Part shown: piece by piece, positions 11,677 through 23,985 of the stretch
Position numbering within the stretch: position 1 is the first letter of the stretch
Layout: the number at the start of each line of letters is the position of its first letter
Source: Chiloscyllium plagiosum
Lineage: Eukaryota
DNA length: 64,000 bases
Assembly: GCF_004010195.1 (NCBI RefSeq)
Contig: NC_057718.1
Location: 79,998,555 to 80,062,554, forward strand
Reading direction: 5' to 3'
Made by a program: the position numbers and the translations under genes
Notes under the pieces: generated by a model
Told to the model about the DNA's origin: nothing
The model's database searches: none
Seen by the model: only the letters and a program-made list of their open reading frames with translations

Positions 11677-13646
11677 ACTATACTATCAAGCCAGCGGATA
11701 AAGGGGGTGCAGTGGTAGTCTGGCGCACTGACCTCTACACCGCTGAAGCCAGACGCCAATGCAAAGACACCTCCTACCGTCCCCTCGACCATGACCCCAC
11801 TCCCCATTATCAAACCATCATCTCCCAGACCATACAGAACCTCATCACCTCAGGAAATCTCCCACTCACAGCTTCCAACCTCTTAGTCTGGGAACCCCGC
11901 ACTGCCTGGTTCTACCTCATTCCCAAGATCCACAAGCCTGACCGCCCGGGCGACCCATTGTCTCAGCATGCTCCTGCCCCACTGAACTCATCTCTACCTA
12001 CCTCAACACTGTCCTATCCCCCCCAAGTCCAGGAACTCCCACATACGTTCGAGACACCACCCATGCCCTCCACCTTCTCTAAGACTTCTGTTTCCCCGGC
12101 TGCCAATACCTCATCTTCACCATTGATATCCAATCCCTCTACACCTCCATTCGCCATGACCAAGGCCTCCAAGCCCTCTGTTTCTTCCTCTCCCGATGTC
12201 CCCAACAGTGCCCTTCCACCGACACTATCATTCATTTGTCTGAACTGGTCCTCATCCTCAACAATTTTTCCTTCGAATCCTCCCACTTCCTCCAGATCAA
12301 AGGGGTAGCCATGGGCACCCGTATGGGCCCCAGCTATGCCTGTCTCTTTGTAGAACAGCCCATCTTCCATAGTTATACCGGCACCACTTCCCACCTCTTC
12401 CTCTGCTACATTGGTGACTGCATTGGCGCCACCTCATGCTCCCGCAAGGAGGTTGAGCAATTCATCAACTTCACCAACACATTCCACCCTGACCTTAAAT
12501 TTACCTGGACCATCTCTGACACCTCCCTCCTCTTCCTGGACCTCTCCGTCTCCATTAATGACGACCGACTTGATACCGACATTTTTTACAAACCCACCAA
12601 CTCCCACAGCTAGCTGGATTACACCTCTTCCCACCCTACGTCCTGCAAAAATGCCATCCCGTATTCCCAATTCCTGCGGCTCCACCGTGTCTGCTCCCAG
12701 GAGGAACAATTCCAACACAGAACACACCAGATGGCCTCCTTCTTTAGAGACCGCAATTTCCCTTCCCACGTGGTTAAAGATGCCCTCCAATGCATCTCGT
12801 CCACATCCTGCACCTCCGCCCTCAGACCCCACCCCTCCAACCGTAACAAGGACAGAACCCCCCCGATGCTCACCTTCCACCCTACCAACCTTCGCAAAAA
12901 CCAAATCATCCAACGAATTTCCGCCACCTCCAAACGGACCCCACCACCAGGGATATATTNNNNNNNNNNNNNNNNNNNNNNNNNNNNNNNNNNNNNNNNN
13001 NNNNNNNNNNNNNNNNNNNNNNNNNNNNNNNNNNNNNNNNNNNNNNNNNNNNNNNNNNNNNNNNNNNGTGAATCCTCTTGCAAGGATGCCTGCCTTGAAG
13101 AAGTTTTCCTCCTCTCTCTACAAGAATCTCAAGGAATCCCTCTCCCACTGCAACTCCCAGGTCATTTCCTCTGCCCTGAAGCTCTTCAACCATGTCCTGA
13201 AACAGACTCGCTACCACAGCCACATTTGCTTCCTCAGTGCCTGCCTCCGTAACCAACTCATCCTACACGGATTCCGGATCACCTTCATCCCCACCCCTAT
13301 TCACCCATTGTACTCTTTGCTACCTTCCACCACCCTCCTCTCTGACCTATCCCCACCCCCATTCACCCAGTGTACTCTTTGCTACCTTTCCCAACCCTCC
13401 TCCCTGCCCTATCACCTCCATCCCCATCCCCATTCACCTTTTGTACTCTATATTACTTTCTCCCCACCCCCACTCTCCTCTCATTTATCTCTCCACCCTG
13501 CAGGCACTCTGCCTCTATTCCTGATTAAGGGCTTTTGCCCGAAATGCGATTTTCCTGCTCCTCGGATGCTGCCTGAACTGCTGTGCTTTTCCAGCACCAC
13601 TCTAATCTAGAATCTGGTAACCATAATCTGCAGTCATTGTTTTTAC
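11677..13646 (+). mobile_element. Penelope-like retroelement, 5'-truncated, partial tandem, spanning a gap
   Basis: IKPADKGGAVVVW, FYLIPKIHKP, QIKGVAMGTRMGPSYACLFV, FLDLSV..TDIFYKPT; after the gap an ORF N-terminus, then a 3' UTR with a decayed HHR at 13517-13552. Approximate TSD CTATAYTATCCTG at 11664-11676 / 13647-13659. Confidence 0.93.
12960..13067. other. Assembly gap
   Basis: Run of N. Confidence 1.
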
Positions 13647-14254
13647 CTATACTATCCTGGGTTACAACTACATTTCTCTTTTCTACTTCCTCTTGAATGG
13701 CTTCCTGTTCCACGGTGTTACAATTAATTTGCTCATCCTCCCTTCAGTCTCCATTCTCATCCACACAAGGAGCAAGAATCTCAAATCTGTTAGTAAAGCA
13801 CTATCTCCAGGATCCCTCAACCTACTTCGCTTGTAGTTACATCCTCTTGTCCCTGACCACTGACTGCATTCAAGGTAATTCAAGGTGTAATTACATCCTG
13901 AAACACTGTGATCAGGTAACTCTCCTTGTCTCTGACATGTCACAGTGCTCCAATTCATCAAGGCTGAGCCAAAGTTTCTGAAGCAACCAACACTTGCTCC
14001 AAATGTGGTAGCATGAATCACAATGTGATCCATCAACTCCCACATCTTGCATATACAACACATCATCTGGCATCTTTATTTTTATGACTTAGTTCTATGA
14101 TATCCCTTTCTGATTAAGTCTCATTTGGCAGCAGTAACACCTCAACTGCAACCACTATAGTGGTTGGAATGTCAACACATACAACATAGGAATGACCACG
14201 CATAATGCTGTTTAATACCACTGGATAACAGTGATCTCAACTTGAGTGGATTTG

Positions 14255-14745
14255 GGAGTGGAACTAGGGCCAGGAGTAAGCAATCCAGCCTCTCAAGCCT
14301 GTTCTGCCATTTGATACTATCATTTCATCTTGGCCTCAACTCCACTTTTCTGGCTGGTCTCCATAACCCTTCAAACCTTCAGTTACTAAAACGTTCCTCC
14401 GTAAATTTACTCAATATCCCAGCGTCCACTGCACTCTGGGTTAACGAATTCCACAGATTCATAACCCTTTGAGAGATGTAATTTCTCCCCATTTTTAAAT
14501 CTGCTACCCCTTTTCCTAGAAGTAATACTTCTCACCCAAGATTGCTCCATATGAGGAAACAGCCTTTCTAATATCGGCTTTGTCAAACCCCTTCAGCATC
14601 TTATATATCTTAAATAGGTCTTCTCTCATTCACCTAAACTCCAGACATTATGGACCTAAACTGCTCAATCTTCATTCATAAGACAAATTTCTCATTTCTG
14701 GAATCAATCTAGTCAACGTTCATCTCTGGAATCAATCTAGTGAAT
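14255..14745 (-). mobile_element. Old CR1 3' fragment
   Basis: GAATTCCACAGATTCATAACCCTTTGAGAG and related CR1 3' motifs in reverse; small tandem duplication at 14693-14743. Confidence 0.7.
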
Positions 14746-14867
14746 TTAGATTATAGCACTAATAGCTTTCAGATTTTACAACTTTTAAGAATTATTCATA
14801 CAAACAACTGCAGTAGCCAAACAGTGATGCAGCCTGCAACCAAACTCTTGGAAAGATCAATAAGAGT

Positions 14868-15186
14868 AGCATGGTGGCATGGTGGTTAGCACTGCTGCAT
14901 CTCAGTGCCAGGAACATGGGGTTGATTTCCACCTTAGGCGACTGTCTGTATGGAGTTTAATTATTTATCCTGTGTCTGCATGAGCTTTAGTTTCTAAGTT
15001 CAAAGATGTGCAGGTTAAATGGATTGGCCTGCTAAATTGTCTCATAGTGTGCAGGGTAGGTGGATTAGCCATGGAAATGTGGGGTTACAGGTATGGGGGA
15101 ATCTGGGTGAGATGCACTTCGGAGGGTTGATGCAGACTCGATGGGCTGAATGGCCTCTTTCAGCACTGTGGGCTTCTATGATTCTA
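14868..15186 (+). mobile_element. HE1 SINE
   Basis: GGTGGTTAGCACTGCTGC head, core and GGGCTGAATGGCCTCTTTCAGCACTGT..TTCTATGATTCT tail. Confidence 0.85.
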
Positions 15187-15282
15187 AGGGAGAAACATTA
15201 ATAAATGGTAAAGCCTTTAACTTTGAACCTGGCAAGAAGAGGATTCTGGATAATCCAAAATGGAGAATGGGAAAAATTTCTG

Positions 15283-15476
15283 GCTGTAACAGGCTGTTCC
15301 TTTTTTGAGGTATTTTCAGTGTTGGAGGTGATTTCCTCGCATTCCAGGAGTAGCAATTACTGTTTTATACACTGTTGCATTGTTTTGGAACTCTGGAGAA
15401 AAAAGAGTCAAAACAACAGCACTTTTAAAAGGGAGAGGAACAAGGCAGCACATGGTGAAGTCAATGCAGGAGACAC

Positions 15477-15513
<37 letters not shown>

Positions 15514-18500
15514 AACCCATACTGCTAACTGACATAGCAGTGAACCTGCGCAGCTACTGCTTTGCTGTTTGAATTCATGTATCACTGGACATCGGAGTGC
15601 ATCTGGGAAAATTAATATACAGTGAAATTCACAACTAATCTTGGAGGAATCTGTTTGGGAGAGGTCACAGCACAGAAACAGATACGTGAACATTTTTATG
15701 TGTGACTTACAGAAAGTCTGCAGTAGTAAGTAGAGTGGGTTCTTGCTTGATTATACGCTTTATTGAGATATGTCTCTTGATTAAACTTAAAAATGTAAGC
15801 CAGAGATATTAGGTTAGCCTTGGAGCAGTGCTTTGTAGAGGAATAAGACAGTGCTATTTTCTGGGTCTGTAGATTGGAAGGAGCAAAAATGGCCTTCAGT
15901 AGAGTGATATGATCTTCTTGTCGGATATGGGAGTTTAGGGAGAGCTTATGTGTTACTGAGGATTATATCTGCAATAAATGCCATTGGTTGCAAATAATAT
16001 CAGATCGAATGGATCAGTTGGAGAGACAGTTAGAGGTAATGAGGAATTTACAAGAGCAAGGGGATGCGATGGATGGCAGTTATAGGAAGGGAGAAAAGTT
16101 GCAGATACAGTCACATGGATGGGTTAACTCGAGGAAAGGTAAGAGAGGTAGGCAGGTAGTGCAGGAATCTTCTGTGGCGATCTCCATATCAAACAAGTAT
16201 GCTATTTTGGAAAATATGCGGGGTGATGGATTCTCAGGGGAATGCAGCAAGAACAGCCAGGTTTCAGGTATCAAGACTGGCTGGAATCCAGTGAGGGGTA
16301 TGTCGGGTTCCAAGATCTCAATCGTGATAGGAGACTCTCTAGTCTGAGGCACAGACAGACGTTTCTGCGGCTAGCAGTGAAAAATCAGAATTATGTGTTG
16401 CCTCCCTAGTTCCAGGAATCAAGGATATCTCAGAGAGGGTGCAGAATGTTCTCTAAGGGGAGAGGGATGAGCAGGAGGTCATTGTACATATTGGAACCAA
16501 TGACATAGGAAAGCAAAAGGATGAGATCCTGAAGGGACAATATAGAGACTTAGGCAGGAATTTAAAAAGAAGATTCGAGAGAGTAGTAATATCTGGATTA
16601 CTCCCGGTGCTGCAAGCTAGTGAGGGTAGGAATAGGAGGATAAAACAGATGAATGAATGGCTGAGGAGCTGGTGTATGGGAGAAAGATTCACATTTTTGG
16701 ATCATTGGAATCTCTTTTCGGGTAGAAGTGACCTGTACAAGAAGGACAGATTGCACCTAAATTGGAAGGGGACTAATATAGTCGCAGGGAAATTTGCTAG
16801 AACTGCTCAGGAGGATTTAAACTAGTAAGGTGGGAGGGGTGGGACCCAGGGAGATAGTGAGGAAAGAGATCGATTTGAGACGGGTACAGCTGAGAACAGA
16901 AGTGAGTCAAACAGTCAGGGCAGGCAGGGACAAGGTAGGACTAATAAATTAAACTGTATTTATTTCAATGCAAGGGGCCTAACACGCAAGGCAGATGAAC
17001 TCAGGGCATAGTTAGAAAAATGGGACTGGGATATCATAGCAATTACAGAAACGTGGCTCAGGGATGGATGAGACTTGCAGCTTAATGTTCCAGGATACAA
17101 ATACTACAGGAATGACAGAAAGGGAGGCAGGAGAGGAGGGGGAGTGGTGTTTTTGATAAAGGATAGCATTATAGCAGTTCTCAGGGAGGATATTCCCAGA
17201 AATACATCCAGTGAAGTTATTTGGGTTGAACTGAGAAATAACCTTATTGGTTATTGTATTATAAGATTTGTAAGATCTCAGTTATCTGTAAGAAAACGAG
17301 GGTGGTTATGGCAGGGGATTTTAACTTTTCAAACAGAGACTGGGACTGGATGGAGGCAAATTTGTTAAGTGTGCACAAGAAAATTTGCTGATTCAGTAAG
17401 TGGATGTACCTACTAGAAAAGGTGCAAAACTTCACCTACTCTTGGGAAATAAGGCAGGGCAGGTGACTGAGGTGTTAGTGGGGGAGCACGTTGGGCCAGC
17501 AACCATAATTCTATTAGTTTTAACATAGTTTTGGAAAAGGATAGACCAGATCTAAAAGTTGAAGTTCAAATTGGAGGAAGGCAAATTTTGGACGTTACTA
17601 GGCAAGAAAATTCAAAAGCTGATTGGGAGCAGATGTTCACAGGTAAGGGGATGGCTAGAAAATGGGAAGCCTTCAGAAATGAGATAACAGGAGTCCAGAG
17701 ACAGTATATTCCAGTTAGGGTGAAAGGAAAGGCTGGTAGGTATAGGGAATGCTGGATGACTAAAGAAATTGAGAGTTTGGTTAAGAAAAAGAAGAAAGCA
17801 TATGTCAGGTACAGACAAGGTAGTTCGAATGAATCCTTAGAAGAGTATAAAGGCAGTAGGAGTACACTTAAGAGGGAAATCAGGACGGCAAAAAGAGGAC
17901 ATGGGATATCTTTGGCAAATAGAATTAAGGAGAGCCCAAAGGGTTTTTACAAATACATTAAGGACAAAAGGATAACTAGGGAGAGAATAGGGCCCCTCAA
18001 AGATCAGCAAGGCAGCCTTTGTGTGGAACCACAGGAGATGGGGGAGGTATGAAACAAGTTTTTTGCATCAGTGTTTACAGCGGAAAAGGACATGGAAGAT
18101 ACAGAATGTAGGGAAATAGATTGTGACATCTTGAAAAATGTCCATATTACAGAGGAGGAAGTGCTGGATGTCTTAAAACATATAAAAGTGGATTAAACCC
18201 CAGGACCTGATCAGGTGTACTCTAGAACAATGTGGGAAGCTAGAAAAGTGATTGCTGGGTCCCATGCTGAGATATTTGAATCACGGATAGTCACAGGTGA
18301 GGTGCCGGAAGAATAGAGGTTGGTTAACGTTGTGCCACTGTTTAAGAAGGATGGTAAGGACAAGCCAGGGAATTATAGACTAGTGAGCCTGACGTCGAGG
18401 GAATCCTGAGGGATAGGACGTGCATGTATTTGGAAAGGCAAGGACTGATTAGGAATAGTCAACATGGTTTTGTGCATGGGAAATCATGTCTCACAAACTT

Positions 18501-19218
18501 GATTGAGTTTTTTGAGGACGTAACAAAGAGGATTGATGAGGGCAGAGCAGTGGACGTGATCTATATGGACTTCAGTAAGGTGTTCAACAAGGTTCCCCAT
18601 GGGAGGCTGGTTAGCAAGATTAGATCTTATGGAGTTACAGGGAGAACTAGCCATTTGGATACAGAACTGGCTCAAAGGTAGAAGACAAAGGGTGGTGGTG
18701 AAAAGTTGTTTTTCAGACTGGAGGCCTGTGACCAGTGGAGTGCCACAAGGATAACTGTGGGGTTCCACTACCTTTCATCATTTATATAAATGATTTGGAC
18801 GTGAGCATAAGAGGAATAGTTAGTACCTTTGCAGATGACACCAAAACTGGAGGTGCAGTGGACAGTGAAGAAGGTTACAACAGGATCTTGATCAGATGGG
18901 CCAATGGGCTGAGGAGTGGCAGATGGAGTTTAATTTAGATAAAGCGAGATGCTGCATTGTGGGAAAGCAAATCTTAGCAGGACTTTTTCACTTAATGGTA
19001 AGGTCCTGGGGAGTGTTGCTGAACAAAGAGACCTTGGAGGGCAAGTTCATAGTTCCTTGAAAGTGGAATCGCAGGTAGATAGGATAGTGAAGAAGGAGTT
19101 TGGTATGCTTTCCTTTATTGGTCAGTGCATTGAATACAGGAGTTGGGAGATCATATTGCAAGTGACATTGGTTAGGTCACTTTTGGAATAATGCGTGCAA
19201 TTCTGGTCTCCTTCCTAG
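15283..19218 (+). mobile_element. Near full-length CR1/HER1 LINE: 5' UTR, ORF1 (ATG 15889 to 16825), ORF2 APE and RT; 3' end missing; inactivated
   Basis: ORF1 C..C..WE, ICNKC, IVIGDSLV, VIVHIGTND, DRLHLNWKGT; ORF2 CIYFNARGL, IAITETW, GGGVVFLIK, QHGFVHGKSCLTNL, YMDFSK, FADDTK; many stops and frameshifts. Confidence 0.95.
15477..15512 (+). repeat. (GA)n microsatellite in the CR1 5' UTR
   Basis: Direct reading of the AG run. Confidence 0.95.
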
Positions 19219-19259
19219 TCAACAGACCAGACAATTTATTTGGCACTGAAGAACTTTAA

Positions 19260-21280
19260 AAGAAGAAACAGCCTAATGCTGTGAGCCCATTAGCTATGAT
19301 GGTATTTTCCATATAAGTTTCATATGATTGAGAAAATCAGTAGTCAGAAAAATAAGTTCAAGCAAATTCAAGTATAATAAAGACAGATCAATAATTTGTT
19401 ACCATTCGTGAGCATTGTGTTAAAGAATTACCAAAGTCCAGTGAATTGGCTGAGAAGACATCCTTTTAACAATTACTGCATTTCCTAACCACAGATGATC
19501 ATAAGTATATGACTAATCAATGGTGATTCCAACCTCACTGCAGGAATCAGTCCTGGAAATGATGTACTGGGAACATCTAGAGATTGCTAGATAGACAGCC
19601 AGAGTTCAGTCAGTAGTGTGGTTGCCAAAGATCTCAAGAAATTGAAGATCCCATAACTCATTGTGAAATCTCCAATTACAGAAGATTCTCAAGAGTGGAA
19701 AATAGTTCTCTCATCACTGAAGTACATTCAAATGGAAACCAGCTAAGTCTGTGAATTGATGCAGATGAGAAGAACGAATGAATAGCTCATTGATTAATCT
19801 TTATCTGAAATTGTTCAGGCACCAACACAGTTTGGCAAACAAATTTCAATGGCAGATTCAAATGTGATGCCAGATGATGTACTAAATCAGATACAAAAAG
19901 ACTATTTCAATTCTTCATATTTCCAAAAAAAATACTAGTGATCAAGCTAAGCTAGCATCAATCCTCAGATTACATGACTTTGGATGTGAACATGTTTGGT
20001 TTACCAGTGAGATAACAGCAAAGGATGGATGAAGACAATCAATCTAATTTACAATTTATATAGATGATTTGGAGTTGGGGACCATGTGCAGTGTGTAAAA
20101 GGTTGTGAATGACACTAAAATTAATGGTACAGCAAATTGTGCAGAGGATTCTGAAAGTTTGCAGAGAGATATAGATAGTATAAGTGAGTGGGCAAAGGTC
20201 TGGCAGATAGAGTACAATGTTGATAAATGTGAAGTCATCCATTTTGGTAAGAATAACAGTAAAAAGGACTATTGCTTAAATGGTAAAAGATTGCAGCATG
20301 CTGCTGTGCAGAAGGACCTGGGTGTCCTTCAGCATGTATCAGAGAAGGTTGGTTTGCAGGTGCAAAAGGTAATTAAGAAGGCAAATGCAATTTTGTCCTG
20401 GATTGCTCGAGGGATTCAGTTTAAAAGTAGGGAGGTTATGTTGTAGCTATAGAGGGTGCTGGGGTGGTCACACCTGGAGTACTGCATGCAGTTTTGGTCT
20501 CCTTACTTCAGAAAGAATGTACTGGCACTGGAGAGGATGCAGAGGAGATTCACTCGGTTTATTCTGTAGTTGAGGAGGGACTGAGTAGACTGGGAATTTA
20601 TTCTAAATTCATTGGAATTTAGAAAAATAAGGGGAGATCTTATAGAAACATATCAAATTATGAAGGGAATAGAATGGATAGGAGCAGAGAGGATGCTCCC
20701 ACTGGTGGGTGAAACTAGGACAAGAGGGCATAGCCTCGAAATTAGGGGGAGCAGATTTAGGACTGAATTGAGAAGGAACTTCTTCACCCAAACGGTTGTG
20801 AATCTGGTATTCCCCGACCAATGAAGTGGTTGAGGTTTCCTCAATGAATGTTTTTAAAGCTAAGATAGGTAATTATTTGAACAGCAAAAGAATTAAGGTC
20901 TATGGTGAGAGGGTGGGTAAGTGGAGCTGAGACCACAAAAAGATCAGCTCGAAGGACCAGACGGCTGACTCCTGCTCCTAGTTCTTATGTTTTTATGTTC
21001 TTATATACAAACTGAAGCAAAATATTTCCATATATCCACACAGGTGTATCAGCAAATTAAGAAAACAATACGAATGCGTAGACTGAAAGTAAGCTCCATA
21101 TGATGCCACGAGAACCAGCGTTGTGGTGGAATAACCAAGGCCACAGAATCAGGATACAGTAAAGAAACAATTACCCGACACAGAGATCTAGGGTACTATC
21201 AAGAAGAAATGGTCCAGTTCAGAAGTCCAGGAAAGTGACTAAAGAAAACATCTGTCCAACAGAGCAGACAACTTTCATGA
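19260..21280 (+). mobile_element. Highly decayed Gypsy integrase region, interrupted by the CR1 at 20048-21004
   Basis: VIPTSLQESVLEMMYWEHLEI resembles VIPxSLRxxVLxxIHxGHLGI; other blocks are weak. Confidence 0.35.
20048..21004 (+). mobile_element. 5'-truncated CR1 LINE
   Basis: YIDDL, DTKINGTANC..LQRDID, KCEVIHFG, RGDLIETY, RTRGHSL; tail repeats TTCTTATG. Confidence 0.92.
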
Positions 21281-22102
21281 AGTCAGTTCACGTGATGAAA
21301 GGTCAAGGGATCGAGTATGTTGGTGTGGGAGATAGGGATAACAAGTGTGTGTGAGTTGGAAGCAACATTCCTTCTAATGTTTGCCATTGCTTGAACATTT
21401 GATTTCATATGCAGCAATAGCTTCCAGAAATGGAAGATATGAGTTGATGCACTGATCAGGATGCGCGGGGCTTGCCAAAACTTGCACAGCTTAGAGGGAA
21501 TGCTGGATGTGAGGGAGAAAAGTAATGACATGTGTAGGTTGAAGGGAGGGACAGGAAATGTGCATGCATGAAGGTGATCATGTCAAACCTTACACCTGAG
21601 AGTGGGGTGGACATATACAACCTTCCCCTTCACCTTCACCCTCCCCAAACACCTTTCTATAAAGTAAGTTGCAAGAAGAGGAATTCCCAGGTTGAAAGGC
21701 AACCCAATTCTGGAGCCCATTTTTAGATGAATTCTGCCAAAGCCATGTCAGATTGTGTAGCACCAGAGGCTAACCAAGCTTGGTGTTCATTAAACCAAAC
21801 TCATTACATCAGTCGTAGTCCTGATACCCTTTACTGATGAGCAGCATCTAGGGCTGGTTGTCTCTCTCTAACTCTGTTTCTCAAGTGAAAAGTTAAGAAA
21901 TCTTTAGCTTGGCACTTTTTAATGACCATTTTATTAATTATTAATTTAAATGATCAATTTATTATTTTGGAACTGTTTTTAATTTCTGAAGTTCACATTG
22001 ACTGTTGTGCCAAACCTCTCTTTCTGAGGTTTGCCATTGGGCACCCGAATGATGAGAAATTTAATATTATCTTCACTCCTATGAGAATAACCCAACATGG
22101 CT

Positions 22103-22510
22103 TAGGGTTGGAGGATTTGAGCCATAGGGAGGGACTGAAAAGACTGGGGCTGTTCTCCCTGGAGCAGTGGAGGCTGAGGGGGGACCTTATAGAGGTTTAT
22201 AAAATCATGAGGGGCATGGATAGGATAAATAGACAAAATATTTTCCTTGGGGTGAGGGAGTTCAGAACATAGGTTTAGGGTGAGATGGGAAAGACATAAA
22301 GGAGACCTATGGGGCACTTTTTCACACAGAGGATGATATGTGTATGGAATGAGCTGCCAGATGAAGTGGTGGAGGCTGGTACGATTGCAACATTTAAAAG
22401 GCATCTGGATGGGTATAGAGGGATATGGGCCAAGTGCTGGCAAATGGGACTAGATTAGGTTGGGATATCTGGTCAGAATGGACGAGTTGGACAGAAGAGT
22501 CTGTTTCCGT
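22103..22510 (+). mobile_element. CR1/HER1 3' fragment fused to a Penelope
   Basis: GLEDLSHREGLKRLGLFSLEQWRLRGDLIEVYK; the 3' UTR stops at CTGTTTCCGT. Confidence 0.92.
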
Positions 22511-23985
22511 TTCCCCGGCCCCCAATGCCTCATCTTCACCATGGATATCCAATCCCTCTACACCTCCATCCACCATGACCAGGGCCTCCAAGCCCTCCGT
22601 TTCTTCCTCTCCCGACGTCCACAACAGTACCCTTCCACCGACACTATCATTCGTTTGGCTGAACTGGTCCTCACCCTTAACAATTTTTCCTTCGAATCAT
22701 CCCACTTCCTCTAGACCAAAGTGGTAGCCACGGGCACCCGTATGGGCCACAGCTATGCCTGTCTCTTTGTTGGCTATGTAGAACAGTCCATCTTCCGTAA
22801 TTACACTGGCACCACTCCCCACCTCTTCTTCCGCTACATTGATGACTGCATTGGCGCCACCTCGTGCACCCGCGAGGAGGTTAAGCAATTCATCAACTTC
22901 ACCAACACATTCCACCCTGACCTTAAATTTACCTGGACCATCTCTGACACCTCCCTCCCCTTCCTGGACTTCTCCATCTCCATTAATGACGACCAACTTG
23001 ACACTGACATTTTTTACAAACCCACCGACTCCCACAGCTAGCTGGATTACACCTCTTCCACCCTATCTCCTGCAAAAATGTCATCTCATATTCCCAATTC
23101 CTCCGCCTCCACTGTATCTGCTCCCAGGAGGACCAGTTCCACCACAGAACACACCAGATGGCCTCCTTCTTTAGAGACGGCAATTTCCCTTCCCACGTGA
23201 CTAAAGATGCCCTCCAAAGCATCTCGTCCACATCCCGCACCTCCGCCCTCAGACCCCATCCCTCCAACCGTAACAAGGACAAAACCCCCCTGGTGCTCAC
23301 CTTCCACCCTACCAACCTTCACATAAACCAAATCATCCGCCGACATTTCTGCCACCTCTAAACGGACCCCACCACCAAGGATATATTTCCCTCCCCACCA
23401 CTTTCCACCTTCCGCAAAGACCATTCCCTCTGTGACTACCTGGTCAGGTCCACGTCCCCCAACAACCCACCCTCCCGTCCTGGCACTTTCCCCTGCCACC
23501 GTAGGAATTGCAAATCCTGCGCCCACACCTCCTCCCTCACCTCNNNNNNNNNNNNNNNNNNNNNNNNNNNNNNNNNNNNNNNNNNNNNNNNNNNNNNNNN
23601 NNNNNNNNNNNNNNNNNNNNNNNNNNNNNNNNNNNNNNNNNNNNNNNNNNNNNNNNNNNNNNNNNNNNNNNNNNNNNNNNNNNNNNNNNNNNNNNNNNNN
23701 NNNNNNNNNNNNNNNNNNNNNNNNNNNNNNNNNNNNNNNNNNNNNNNNNNNNNNNNNNNNNNNNNNNNNNNNNNNNNNNNNNNNNNNNNNNNNNNNNNNN
23801 NNNNNNNNNNNNNNNNNNNNNNNNNNNNNNNNNNNNNNNNNNNNNNNNNNNNNNNNNNNNNNNNCACTCATCTATTGTACTCTATGCTACTTTCTCCCCA
23901 CCCCCACCCTCCTCTCATTTATCTCTCCACCCTTCAGGCATTCTGCCTGTATTCCTGATGAAGGGCTTTTGCCCAAAACGTCGAT
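22505..23985 (+). mobile_element. Penelope-like retroelement (Neptune-like), 5'-truncated, spanning a gap
   Basis: IFTMDIQSLYTSI, VATGTRMGHSYACLFVG, FFRYIDD, cysteine linker GTFPCHRRNCKSCAH; ends at an HHR (23951-23985) with GAAA mutated to AAAA. Confidence 0.93.
23544..23864. other. Assembly gap
   Basis: Run of N. Confidence 1.

Larger units (their letters stand above)
10490..14075 (-). mobile_element. Old CR1 LINE (ORF1 N-terminus 13660-14075; ORF2 pieces 10490-11660) interrupted by a Penelope
   Basis: MMCCICKMWEL zinc-finger-like ORF1 start; tether and RT remnants such as IIPRRKKH..QSWVTREV. Confidence 0.75.

Noticed and set aside
12411..13610. 399-aa Pro/Ser-rich ORF and overlapping antisense ORFs (also around 22400-24000)
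   Set aside because: Off-frame or antisense readings of C-rich Penelope sequence, extended artificially through N gaps.
21330..21520. Possible Harbinger Myb/SANT remnant on the minus strand
   Set aside because: Similarity too weak to support by eye.
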